A stretch of 64,000 nt of DNA from Octopus vulgaris (Eukaryota). Within the stretch, counting starts at the first letter, position 1; the number at the start of each line of letters is the position of its first letter. The notes under the pieces were generated by a model. That model made no database searches. It saw nothing but the letters and a program-made list of their open reading frames with translations, and was not told the DNA's origin. The stretch covers positions 81,282,001 to 81,346,000 of the forward strand of contig OX597827.1 in the NCBI GenBank assembly GCA_951406725.2, in the 5' to 3' direction. Positions 40,700 to 54,853 of the stretch are shown in pieces. The position numbers were made by a program, and so were the translations under genes.

Positions 40700-41062
40700 C
40701 CTAGAAGGAGTGAATTGGATTCCAACAAAGAAACAAATACTCCATCATTGGAGTTTAGATATCAACAATAAATGTTACATCATCAAACTTTAAGAAAGTC
40801 TTGCATATTTTTACTGTTCCACTTACAAACTGGATCTTTGCTTAAAGATTTTAGCTTCTACAGACTGTGGCTTAAACATTTTCTAAAATAACCAAGTGCA
40901 TCAATAATTACTGGTATGAAGATGAGTTTATAATCAGGGCAGAGGTACTGCAGGCTTTGAAGCAGTTGTCCATAGATATTCTCCTCTTTACAGAGTTTGG
41001 AAGAGATGGTCACATCTGCATGGCAACTGACTTCTACCACTATAAATGGCTCTTGTACATTT
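40700..41062 (-). mobile_element. RLE-type LINE 3' remnant (related to the 33.8-kb copy)
   Basis: VVEVSCHADVTISSKLCKEENIYGQLLQSLQYLCPDYKLIFIPVIIDALGYF. Confidence 0.75.
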
Positions 41063-41221
41063 TTATTGAGTGAGAGAGCAGCACATGCCATCAAAGTGAT
41101 GCTGGGCTACAAATATATGAAGCCCAATACACCGGTCATGACTACCCATCTGATAAGGGTACACCAGGCACATGCATTGCAACCATGTGTGTGCACCATG
41201 GTGACCTGTATGTATGTGAAA

Positions 41222-41945
41222 GTATAGAAGCTCTTGTGTTGAAGCAAAGGCTCAGATGGAGTGGTCATCTGGTCAGACTGAAAGATTCAAGGATGCCAAA
41301 ACAACTCTTTTATGGAGAGTTAGCTAAAAGAGAACGACCTCCACATAAACCAAAAAAGAGGTATGAGGACTTGCTGAAGGCTTCCTTAAGAGATGATTGC
41401 ATCTCTCCTGACATATGGGAAGGCATAGCTATTAGTCATAGCAGGTGGAGAAGAATTGTGCATGAGGGGACAGCCACTTTTGAGAAATCTCGAGTTGCAC
41501 ATGAGAAAGTAAGGAGGGATGTCAGGAAGGGCATTGCTGTTACACTTCCAGATGGGAAGGGTCTTCCTATGATACTGACATGCAGTGTCTGTGCAAGACC
41601 CTGCCTCAATAAAGCTGGGCTCATGGGTCATCTTTGTAGTCATAAAGCAAGACCAATGATTGACTTCCAGGCTGATTGGTGGTGGTGCTACACACCATAC
41701 TAATCATATCTGTCAGGCATGTGGAAGGGTGTGTGATTCAGTGGGAGGACTTAAATGACATGCAAAGGTACATGAAGCCCAATTATAATTAAAGTTAGCT
41801 ATTGCCAGTAAAGGTTTTAGCTGCCAATCCTGTACAAGACATTGTAGGTCTTTAGCTGGGCTAAAAAGTCACGTTCGATCACAGCACCGTTAACAGTTAA
41901 GCCTTGTGCAATAGCCATACTCAATAATGAGGGGGCAGCCATCAT
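41222..41945 (+). mobile_element. RTE-clade LINE 3' end with three C2H2 zinc fingers
   Basis: SIEALVLKQRLRWSGHLVRLKDSRMPKQLFYGEL..RPPHKPKKRYEDLLK; fingers at 41581-41643, 41711-41773 and 41822-41887. Confidence 0.85.
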
Positions 41946-42074
41946 TTATATATATGTGTATATATATATATATGTATGTATGTATATGCATATATGTATG
42001 TATGTACTTTTGTATGTATATATGTTGGCAGTAGGTAGGTAAGGGTATATATATATATATATATATATATATGT

Positions 42075-42540
42075 TTCTCTTCTATTTTTAATTATTTGAA
42101 ATCTTCTTATGAAGTTGGAGCTGGTTTCTAACAAAGATACAAAGTTCCATCGCTGGAATGTAAATTACGAAAACGAATTCATAATTCAAACTTGAGAAAA
42201 GTCTTGCATATCTTTATTGTTCTACTTACAGATTGTATTTTTAATGTGCTAGATCGGCTGATTACTTTTTTTTGAAAACTCCAGCTTATCTAGATCATCA
42301 CACAGACATTTACTCTGAAAACCAAGTGCTCCAATTCTCATTGGCAGAAATATGATTTTATAATCGGGATATAGAAGCTGGGGGTTTCAAAGCAGTTGTC
42401 CATAATCATTCTCTTTCTCTTTGATTTTCAAAGAGATATTCACATCATCACGTCAGCTGACCTCTAAGATGGTACATGGTTTTTTTCTTCTCGGACCCAA
42501 ACAACAATATCTGGCCTGTTATGTTTGAATTGAGTCGTAC
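42075..42540 (-). mobile_element. RLE-type LINE 3' remnant, second copy similar to 40700-41062
   Basis: aaacttgagaaaagtcttgcatatctttattgttctacttac parallels 40786-40830; continues on the minus strand through KHNRPDIVVW-like codons near 42500-42530. Confidence 0.7.
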
Positions 42541-42723
42541 AATTTTGGCGAGTCTCTTTTAATCTTTTGAATGACCCTCATTGTAGATGTGATCTAGAAT
42601 GTTGATGCGTGAGTGTAACAACAGCAAGAGCCTACATTGGGGCCACAATACTCCAGTATAGATCTTTTGGGAGCTTCAGAGAGGGTCAGCAAATGAGTAA
42701 TGGATGCAGTCGAAAATTTTTGT

Positions 42724-42755
<32 letters not shown>

Positions 42756-42985
42756 TCATTGATTACCTCGAAATTTTTTAATTGTTCCCTTTTGTTTATT
42801 TTTTCCATTTAATCTTCCAGAGAGGAAGGGCTGCACCAATGGCCTGTGGAGGGCCTTCAGGAGTAAAGGTGTAGCAAGGCTGGGGTGAGTTTTCTTTAAT
42901 AATAATAATAATTCTGTCTTTACTGGCCATAAGGGCCCGTATATACAATATAAAACATCACAGAAATAGGGTTCTAAAACATTTA

Positions 42986-43044
<59 letters not shown>

Positions 43045-43398
43045 CATATATATATGTATATATATATACATGTGTATGTAAGTGTATGTGTATATATGTG
43101 TGTGTGTATATATATATGTGTGTGTGTGTGTATATATAAACACACATATAAGTATAATATAAGTGTGTGTATGTGTGTGTGTGCATGCATGCGTGTGTAT
43201 ACATATATCTTGTATCTTTTACTTGTTTCAGTCATTGACGGGTTTAGTCAAACAACTTGGACCCAAAACTTATTTTTCTAAAGTCTGGGACATATTCTAT
43301 TGGTCTCTTTTTGCTAAATTACTAAGTCACTAACCAACACCAGTTATCAAACGGTGGTGGTGGGGAGAGAGACCAACACACACGTGTGTGTGTGTGTG

Positions 43399-43430
<32 letters not shown>

Positions 43431-44576
43431 AAAGCACCTGGCTTAGTGGTTAGGGCATTCGAGTCATGATCATAAGATCATCGTGAGTTCAATTCCCAAT
43501 GGCACATTGAGTCCTTGAGCAAGACACTTTATTTCACTCAGCTAGCAAAAATGAGTTTCTCTGTAATTCAAAGGGGCAGCCTTGTCACGCTGAATCTTCC
43601 TGAGAACTACGTTAAAGGTACACGTGTCTGTGGAGTACTCAGCCACTTCCGCATTAATTTCCCGAGCATGTTGTTCCATTGATCAGATCAACTGGGACCC
43701 TTGTTGGCATAACTGATGGAGTGGCTGTGTATAGACACACACACGTGTTTATGTATGTATACGAAGGGCTTCTTTCAGTTTCCGTCTGCCAAATCCACTC
43801 ACAAGGCTTTGGTCTGCTTGAGGCTGTAGTAGAAGACACTTGCCCAAGGTGCCATGCAGTGGGACTGAACCCAGAACCATGGAATCCAGCAAGCAAGCTT
43901 CTTACTACTCAGCCACACCAGAAACAATTATATGTCTTATGGTGTTTATCATTTATCTTGTTCCAGTCATTAGACTATGGCCATGCTGGGGCACTGCCTT
44001 AAGGGTTTAGTCATGAACCAACCACAGGACTTATTTTTTTATTAGGCTGGTCTCTTTTGCTGAACTGCTAATTTACAGGGATATAAACAAACCAACACTG
44101 TTATGTGTTGGTGGTGGAACAAACACATACACACATATACATACCTGCATTGCTACATACATACATTCAAGCATGATCGTTGCCAGCGTCACCTTACTGG
44201 CACATGTGCCGGTGGCACATACAAAACAACATTTGAGCATGGTCGTTGCCAGTGCTGCCGGACTGGCTCCCATGCAGGTAGCACTTAAAAAGTACCTTGA
44301 GAGCATGGGTGTTGCCAGAACTGCCTGACTGGCCCTCGTGTCGGTGGCACATAAAACCACACACTACACTCTCAGAGTGGTTGGCGTTAGGAACCAGCTG
44401 TAGAAACTTTGCCAGATCAGATTGAGCCAGGTGCAGCCTTCTGACTCACCAGTTCTCAGTCAAACCGTCCAACCCATGCCAGCATGGAAAGCAGATGTTA
44501 AACAACGATGATGATGATGATTTACATGTACATATATACAGACACACTCACACACACACACACACACAAACACACA

Positions 44577-44722
44577 TCTGTTGGCAACCAAAGGTCTCAG
44601 TCTCTGAGTTAAAGGAAAATTGTATGATGCATGTGTACAAACAGCAATGCTACATGGTGGTGAAACATGGAGCCTGAATGCAGAGGACATGTGAAGGCTA
44701 GAGAGCAATAAAGCTAGTATGG
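44577..44722 (+). mobile_element. RTE LINE RT C-terminal fragment
   Basis: LLATKGLSL*VKGKLYDACVQTAMLHGGETWSLNAEDM*RLE. Confidence 0.7.
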
Positions 44723-46729
44723 AGTCTTTGTGTTAGAGAAGAATCCCATTCGTCTCAGTTCCATACATCATCAAACCCTGGTGGGCCTTAAGACGAGCCA
44801 TTTCTTTTTCTATTCTGGTTGTCCTCACAGATTTAATTGTTGGTATTACTGATGTTGTGGAATCCTCATAATCATTACTAACACCAGCAGCAGCAGCAAC
44901 CCTGGTCTCCGCTGTTGTCTAGGCTACCACCTCCTTCTCCCTTGTACAGTAGATTCTGATGTGGTTTGGTCTCCTAGAATATGAAGCAAAGTAGAGGAGA
45001 GGGGCATTTTGCTCTGTATCACCAGTTTGACTGACCTCTTCTCATCCCATTCCCCTTTATGGGAACTCTGGGACAACCTTGTAGTCTTTGAGATGAGGTC
45101 ATAAGGACCTAGAGGTTCGTGAAATCCTCACCTGATTGCATGCTGTTGCAGGTCACCTTTGTACTCCGCAAATATGAAGAGGACAAGTGAACACTCCACA
45201 TAGTCACCAATGTCTGTCAGTAACTCTTGTGTTTGTCCTTCCCAGTGATGTGACACCCTTCTTTGGGTAAATAGACACTCATGAGACCTTCCCATTTTCT
45301 CACCTTAAATAATAGCCATACACTTCTACATGCCTCTCTACCTTTATCAGTGGAGTATACATTCTGCCACAAACCAGTCAATACTCCATCCAGTTCCTTC
45401 TTTGAAGACCTTTGGAAACTACCTCTCTATTCTTTTAAAATACCTGAGGTGTGCCATTTTCTTTCTTACCTTTTCTTGGGTAAATTGTTCAGGTAAGGAA
45501 GGTTTCACTTTTATGAAACACATCTCTCATGCATTTTCATTTAATCGGGGCTGGTCCACATCTAATATCTCTTTGACTAGCAACACTTGTGAAAGATGAA
45601 TTGCTTTCAGTGTTTGTGGTAGTGTGATGTGGCAGTATTTTAGGTTTTGGCAGGATAATTATTAAGTTAAAAAACAGACAATATTCTTGCTGTTTAACCC
45701 CTGGTTATCAATGAACAAGCAGATCTATGATCAAAGATATTCCAACCATGGTCAACCTGTGTTGGCTTGGTATGACTGTTGTTGTTTAACCCAAGATACA
45801 CTTCTGAGCAGGTCTGTGATTCATTTAAGCTTTGTATTTCCATATAGTAGCAGTGCTTTTGAGGATGTTTGGCTACAATATCAAGAAGGTTGAGCAACTG
45901 TTATTCCATTGGCAGGTGTTTGTCTGAGGATGATACCCTGGCTATAACCCCGTCTCTCTCTCTCTAAAATACTTTAAAATATGTTTGCTATACCTGTGTC
46001 TGGAGTATCACCCAGACTATATTCAGGATACCCTAATTCTACCTGGGGTACCTTAAATATGCTGGCTGTACCCAAAATGTTTTTCTTGTCATATTTGAAA
46101 ATAAACCAAGAGAGCGATCATGTACTTCAGACAAAATTACCTCACAAAATACATCACACACACACACACACACCACATAGTACACATTCCACACATACTA
46201 CACACATATTATGTACACACGACAAACATACATCACACATGCACACACTCTATACATCTCTTATACACATGCACCACACATACATACACATGACATATAC
46301 ATCATACACACAAACATACACACACCAAACACACACACATACGCACACATCCACAATACATATCGATCAGTAAAGTACACTTAGCCAATTTGTTTATGTA
46401 TTTGGGCTCATTGATCTACCACCACCACCAACTTGCACCAATCCTTTCTCCTCTGCACCATATCTCACCCCCTGAAATCTGTCCCTTCCAACTACAAACA
46501 TAATAAATTGAATAAAAGAAAAAAAAAAACAAAAAGACATTCTCAGTATGGAAAAAAAAGAAAGAAAAAAAAAATCTGTTCTAAAAAGAACATTACTTCC
46601 GCTTTGGCGTCTGTCTGTGTGTCAGCTGTTGAGTGGCACAGCAAGCATGAACGTGTTGGGCTGGGGTGATGTGTTGCTCCACCTGGCAAAGTGATGCTCT
46701 GTATGGGTGGGTGTGGGTGGGTATATGCA

Positions 46730-47400
46730 ATATATATAAAGGTGTATGAACGTATACACACATAACCATACATACATTCACATATGCATGTGTGTGCATG
46801 GTGTGTATGCATATGTATATGTGTGTGTATGCATATGTATATGTGTGTGTATGTATGTTTACTTATGTATTTATACGTATGTATGTATTATGTATAAATA
46901 TATATATATATACATACATACACATATATATATATATACACATAAATACATATATATAAACACATGTGAATGCATGCAAGCCTATGTGTATAAGTGTATG
47001 TGTGTGTGTATGTATATGTGTGTGTGCGTGTGTATATATATAAATAGGTAAAGATAAACATAGATATCTATACTGCAAATGTGTACAAATGTGTATGTAC
47101 ATATATGTGTGTGTATTTATATATACACACACATATATACATGTATACACACCATGCACACACATGCATATGTGAATGTATGTATGGTTATGTGTGTATA
47201 TGTTCATACAACTTTATGTATATATATAAATATATATATATACATACACACACCTATACATACATATATATGTATATGGACACACGCATATATATGTATG
47301 TAGTACATATATATATATATACACATATATATACTTATATACATGTATATATATACATACATATCATATATATATATACATATATGTGTGGTTGTGTGTA

Positions 47401-47456
<56 letters not shown>

Positions 47457-47491
47457 TATGTATGTATGTGTGTATGTATATATATATATAT

Positions 47492-47541
<50 letters not shown>

Positions 47542-47750
47542 GTGTGTATATATATATATACATGTATATATATATATGCATATATGTACATATGCATATA
47601 CCCACAAAACTTTTTGCCATAATGTAATGTAGAGAATGTAATACACATAGAGAGACACCTACCCTCATGACATTGCAGTGACAAAACTGCAAACACACAC
47701 ACACACACACACACATACATACATGCATACACACCCCCCACACACACACA
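46730..47750. repeat. Compound (TA)n/(TG)n/(CA)n low-complexity tract (representative of dozens in the window)
   Basis: Direct reading; source of many spurious YI/HT/CV ORFs. Confidence 0.95.
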
Positions 47751-48344
47751 TTAATACAACTCCATCAGTGGCCCTCCCACCAACAAACCATTGTCCGACG
47801 GCCTGTTACTCGGGTCTCGCTTCAGTTGAGCCCCATTCTCTGCTCGACTTAACTCGTCAATGACCCGCCTTAATTATTTCCTTGTGCTTGTCGATAAATA
47901 TACACAGCACAATACAACCTTTTGTCCGGCCTCTATTGATGTCTATTGATCTTTATTGATCACTATTGATCTCCGTGTTAGCTATTATAGTTGGTAGTTA
48001 GCAGGAGGTTGGTCCAGCTTATATATTAACACAAACACAGCAACGGATCAACGAACCAACACCATCATCACCGCCTCCGCCACTGCAACTACCACCACCA
48101 CCTCCGCTGCCGCCGATACTGCCTCTGCCACCACCGCCACTCATTCCTCGCAATTATTACACCAATTTCGGACCTTTGAAGACTTTTCAGTACTACAACA
48201 ACTACCGCTACTACTATTATTCTTACAATCATTACCACTACTACTACTGCAACCAATACTACAACCACTACTACTACCACGACCACTTCTACTATGACGG
48301 CCACAACAACAACAACAACCGTTTGTAATGTCAAACCGACAAGC

Positions 48345-49510
48345 AGATTTATACGTGGTCTCTTGACCTGCTTGATGTAGCAGCTAAATCTCCCTCAAAT
48401 CCTGCCCAACAATCTGAATCAAGGTTGACCTAGGGTTGGGCAACATCATCATCATCAACAACAACATACTAGATGGTCACAGTTGGATTGTCTTTATCCT
48501 AAATCTACTGGAGCAAGGTTGACCTGGTGCTAAACCACAACAATAATTTCATCAATCATGAGCCAAAGAGGGCGGCTGTATGTGGTCATTGAACCTGCTA
48601 GAAATAGCAACCACATTTATGCTGTAAAAAACGACAGGACACTTTGGATAGTGTAGTCTATGGTATATTTATCTCCAGAAGAAAAAGGAGGATGATGGTC
48701 ATGGTAGGAATGTCTTTGATCCCCCTTAATCAGAGCTGACCCAGGGTTAAGCAAGAACATGAACTATAATTACACTATTGATGGAATCTCTCTCAGCTGA
48801 TACTGAGCAAACATTAGACCATGACACCCAAGATATTCCTAGACAGACGGGATGGTTATGGCTGGAATGCCTTTCATCTTATCTCAATCACAGATGACCT
48901 GGGGTTAAACAACAACAATAGTTTATCTTTGTTGTTGGAGTTGTTGTTTAACCCCAGGTTAGTTCCTGATCCAGTCAACCTATGATCAAAGATGCCCCAA
49001 CTATGATTATCGAGTATGTTGTCCAAGCACCGTCTATCTAGGACTACAATACCCAATGTATCCTTCTTTCGTGGTTATTGATGTTTAGGTCAGCCTTGAT
49101 CCAGCACACCCCATATTTCAGACATGACCCATGTATTTTTGATTCAGGCATCATCTATCTGGGACTACATCATGTAAAGTGCCACACTGACTTTCAGAGT
49201 GGAGGGTGTCACATGTAATGTGACGTAGCTGTTATGTAATCCATCTCGGTGGTTTCCATGGGAACACGTCTTGTCACAATTCTACCAGTTGGCCACCTTC
49301 CTTATATCTCATGTTGCTGGCACAAAACATTGCTAGGTCCCAACAGATTCTCCTGTTTTGGTAAATGAGTAAAGGTTTTCCAGACATGACCATCCTGTCT
49401 CTTATTCATGCATAGTCTCTCAAAAAACATTTTACCTTCTTCATCTTTCCTCACTGAAGCAAAGTGTAATTTGAGGGTGATTTAGCTGGTATTTCTACCA
49501 GGTTGACTGA
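48345..49510. repeat. Head-to-head array of a short repeat family (gacctggggttaaacaacaac / gatttgagggagattt) centred near 48925
   Basis: Forward units 48345-48920, reverse units 48940-49510; the family also occurs at about 3120, 11350, 23480, 45680, 53510 and 55350. Confidence 0.65.
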
Positions 49511-52385
49511 CTGCATAATGGCTCTTTTTCTTGTCTTAGGGGGAGGTGCTGGTGGTGGTCACCGTCGATTTGGTGGTGGTTGTGGTAATGGTAGTGGTGG
49601 TGGTGATGGTAGTTGTGGTGGTTGTGATGGCAGAGGTGGTGGTTCTGGTGATAGTGGTCGTTGAGGTGGTGGAGATTGTGGGTCTGGTGGTAGTGGTGAT
49701 GATGATGCTCGGGATAATTGTGGAAGTTAGTGACGGTGACGGTATTAGTAGTAGTGGTGATTGTTAGTAGTGGTGGACATGGTGTTGTTGTTGGTTGTTG
49801 TTGGTGGCATCTCATGCCAGATCCCAATAAATTTGATAAAATACAACAACAAAAACCAACAACTTTGGTTAAATGTTACTGAGGTTGTTTTCCTCTTGCG
49901 GCCGGACCCAGTCCCTCCACGGATCGATGGGAAACAATCCGACAGAAAGACAGTCAAAGCAAATTAACTCAACAAACAGATATGTTTTAACAAAATCTAT
50001 ATTATTGACCTCCCCATTTATTGACATTTAAAGGTCACATGATCTTATCTTCAGGATGGTTTGCCACAGATTGACAGCGATTGCATACATGTATGCATAC
50101 ATACATACGCACATACATACATTCACACACACATACACACACATATATACACATACATATACGTATATATATATATATATATGTGTGTGTATATGTATAT
50201 ATGTGTGTGTGAGTGTGTGTATGTGTATATGTGTGTATGTGTATGTGCATATGTGTTTATGTGTGTGTGTGTGTGTTACCTTACCTTGTAATTATTTAGC
50301 TTCTTGCTGGCTTCGTTATGTCTGTGGTGATTACAAAATGCCATTAGCGGAATCATTTCATTCCATTCCACATGTGGAGCTTTTGTGTGGAGAGAATTGC
50401 TGAGATCAATACAAAAACCAGGTGTGTACGGTTCTATTGTAAGAATTCTTTAGCCGAGGTATTGGTCGCATGGAATCAATTGTCGTCCATTGACAACGTG
50501 GATGACATTAATTATAACAGTTGACACTAACGACTAATGATTAAACTGATTAACAGATTATGGAATAATCAAGGAATGAGATCGGAGAGGTGCGGGTTTG
50601 TAGAACAATGGCTTGGTGGACAGTTGTGAAGGTTGGTGAAATGGATGGATCTATGGGGACGAGATGTTCTCTCGTACAGACACAACTGGGAGATGATTCA
50701 AAGTCTTAACAGAATGTGCTAAGGGAGTGTCAAGGAATCACAATTGATCATCGCTTTATAACTAGTCAAAGGCTTCTACATCTATCACCATCATCATCTT
50801 GTTGTTGTTCTTATTCTTTCTCCTCCTCCTCCTCCTCATCACCATCTTCTTCCTCCTCCTCATCTTCTTCTTCCTCCTCCTCATCTTCTTCCTCCTCCTC
50901 CACATCATTATCATCATCTTCTTCCTCCACATCTTATTCCTTATCTTCCTTTTTTCTCCTCCTCCTCCTCATCATCTTCTTCAGTTTCATCATCATCATC
51001 ATCACCATCATTATGGCAGTGATCTGGCAGACTTGTTAGCATGTTTGGCAAAATGCTTAGTGGTATTTCGCTGGTCAACGTTACCTTTCATCTTTTCGGG
51101 GTCAATAAAATAAGTACCAGTTGTGTTAGTTTATGTTAGATTTTCTAATTCACACTGTATCAGGTTTAAATATATATTAGATATTTAATTATGCCACCAA
51201 CAAATGCACAGTATAGACATTAGCCAAGCTAGAAAGGCTTTGTTCTAGTTTGTGTGCAAAGAAATGCACAGGTAATTGCCTTCTAAGTAATGGTAAATGA
51301 AGCCTGAAATATTTCAAGACATTTCACGACAATCTACAGTATTGTTTCTATATAAAGAGCATAACAAGGTAAATTTACATCTGTTTCAATTACCACAGCT
51401 GAAGGTTTAAAGATTTACCTACCCACAACTCTCATTGAGTGGTATTCGGTCAGTGGCATCATGCTTTTGCTAAGAAGCAGTGAGGGCTGTGTGCAAACAC
51501 AGAAGCAGAAAAGCAAGATTAACGACACAAGAATCTCAACTAGTTCATCTTTGAATGATTTAATTAAGAATCTTGGTGATGCTGGTTGTTGTCAATCATT
51601 AATCAGTTAGATCATTAATTCAAATATTCAGGCATCACTCAGTTAATAGGATTACAACATTTCCAGGTGACTACCCCCACCTCCTGCAGATACACACACT
51701 GTAAAGATGAGTTAATAGTTTGGAAAATTAGAATCATCATAACGACAGCACCAAATGATCTTAGTGATTTCATTAAGCAGCTAATGTTCACAGCATCTCT
51801 TCTAAAACGATGCTACGACTGTGTTGCAAAGTGGAGCTGCTGTATATAGAGTGTGAAGGCACGTGGCGTAGGGGTTACGGTATCCTGTTTGTGATTGTCA
51901 GGTTTCGGTTCAATTCCTGGTGGTGCACTGTCTCCTTGGGCAAGTCACTTTATATCACTTTATTGCTCCAATCCACTCACCTGGCAAAAATAAATTATAC
52001 CTGTAATTCGAAAGGGCCAGCCTTGTCTCACTCTGTATCATGCTGAATCTCCATGAGAACTCTGTTAAAGGTACACATGTGCCTGTGGAGTACTCAGCCA
52101 TTTGCACGTTAATATCATGAGCAGGCTGTTTTATTGGTCGAATTAACTGGAACCCTCGTCATCATGACTGACAGAGTCCAGTTTTATACACAGAGCAAAA
52201 CATTCATTTAACATACAGCTGGACATGTATATATATCTATATGTATATATATATATACATTCGGTGTTTACTTGTCCTGTTTGCCATTTTTTCTTGTTAT
52301 TTACGCATTTCACTCATTTTTTCCTTGTTTGTTTATGTATTTCATTTTATTTGCACCATTGGTGATCTTTTGTACCCATATGTGC

Positions 52386-52456
<71 letters not shown>

Positions 52457-52469
52457 CATATATATATGT

Positions 52470-52900
52470 TCTTTTATTCTTTTACTTGTTTCAGCCATTT
52501 GGCTGCGGCCATGCTGGAGCACCGCCTTTAGTTGAGCAAATCGACCCCCAGAGCTTATTCTTTGTAAGCCTAGTACTTATTCTATCGGTCTCTTTTGCTG
52601 AACCGCTAGATTACGGGGATATAAACACACCAGCATTGGATGTCGAGTGATGTTGCGGGGACAAACACAGACACACACATATATATATACATACACACAC
52701 ACTCATATATATATATATATATATATACATACATATATACGACGGGCTTCTTCCAGTTTCCATCTACCAAATCTACTCACAAGACTTTGGTCGGCATGAG
52801 GCTATAGTAGAAGACACTTGCCCAAGGTGCCACACAGTGGGACTGAACCCATGACCATGTTGTTGGTAAGCAAGCTACTTACCACACAGCCTTCCTGTGC
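52470..52900 (-). mobile_element. SINE family 1, full length
   Basis: Similarity to the 4082 copy. Confidence 0.85.
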
Positions 52901-52963
52901 CTATATATATTATATATTATTTATCATTTATCATTTAATTGAACGTGACACATACATTTCCAA

Positions 52964-52999
<36 letters not shown>

Positions 53000-54418
53000 T
53001 CATCAACATTGTTTAGCGTCCGCTTTCCATGGGTAGGACGGTTCAGCCAGGGTCTGGGAAGCCAGAAGGCTGCACCAGGCCCAGTCTGATCTGGCAATGT
53101 TTCTACAGCTGGATGCCCTTCCTAACGCCAACCACTCCATATATATATATGGAACGGTATATTCAACTATACAGTTGATCTGTATATAGTACAATTGTAC
53201 AGTGGGGATGTATTTTACAGTTACAGTATTCTGTATGCGAGAGTACTCAAATACACAACCATAGCATACCCTAGTCCACAACTGTACTGTTCTCTAGAAC
53301 ATAGCTCTGTAGTACCCCAGCCCTCAACTGCTCTGTAGCATCCCAGTCTGTGCTAATTCCAACACCAAAGGGTGTTTATCACAATGAAAGATTCAGTTTT
53401 TACTGTTATAGGAACTGAATTGTCTGATGTTGTATAAATTGTTAGAATTGACATCAACGGGAGAAACGTTTCTTTGACAGCAACTCAGTTACTCAATGCA
53501 TTGTTACTGTTGTTGTTATTGTTCAACCCAAGGTCATTGTTGATCAAGACAGCCTATGATCAAAAACCTTTAAACTGTAAATGTCCAACTGGATTGTGTA
53601 TATATATATATACACACACACACACAAACACACTGTGTGATATCAACTTCCCTTTTTCAACTGGTATGGTATGATCTTAGTGAATTTTGGCTATTGTTTC
53701 CATCAGGTTAAAGCAACCCCAAACAGAGAGGCTCTTTTATCACAACCTGGGATGGTGACCGTTAAAAATCACAAAAATAAAATTATATTATCAAAGAAAA
53801 ATATTTATTGTGGTAAGAAAGCAATTGACATCTTTATCAGATAAAGCCATTCACTCTCAATTTCAGTGTGTTTGGTTAAATAGTTTAAATGTCACAATCA
53901 CTTTTTGTAGATGCATAGTTAGTTAACGTGCAACTATTGTACTAGTATGACCTGACTGGCAACGGAAATCGTGATATTTACAAATTTCAAGGCTAAATTG
54001 ATAACTTTCTTCTCTGTGTTTGGAGTATTGATGGTTTTCTAGCACATAATTATAGAAAACATCCATCTTGTTTAAATAATAAACGTTGCGAAACAAACTA
54101 GTCTACCTCTTTCTTTGAACATTGCTTTCATGATTCACGAAACATTACAGAGATATTATATAGATACTTCAAACAGAAAGGGAGTGTATATATGTATAGA
54201 AGAGCCATCTTAGAACATCAAGGTTTATAGAGAAACAAAATATAAAGATAAACCATGAACCAATTAATGCAAACATGAATGACAATAACAATATGGAGGA
54301 CAGGGTTTTTTTTAAATGAATTTGGTTTTTGGGAAATATTGATGTGTGTGTGTGTGTGTGTGTGTATATATACATATATATATATGTGTGTCTATATATA
54401 AACATTTATATGTAATAC

Positions 54419-54449
<31 letters not shown>

Positions 54450-54665
54450 TTTGTATATAGCTGAATGTTATATAGAAAAATATTTAAATTTATAATGATT
54501 TATATCACGCACATAAATATGTACACATGCACATTTACACACATATATTATACATACCAGTATGTATATACACACATATACATACATATATTGTATAAAT
54601 TATATATATATTGCATACACAATATAGTATACACACAGGCAGATTCAAACATATATAGAGGTATC

Positions 54666-54765
<100 letters not shown>

Positions 54766-54811
54766 ATATTTATTAATACATATATGTGTGTGTAAATGTC
54801 TCTCTCTATCT

Positions 54812-54853
<42 letters not shown>

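Noticed and set aside
41185-41703. Host zinc-finger gene (172-aa ORF)
   Set aside because: The N-terminus comes from a family 5 repeat and the remainder is an RTE ORF end with downstream stops and frameshifts
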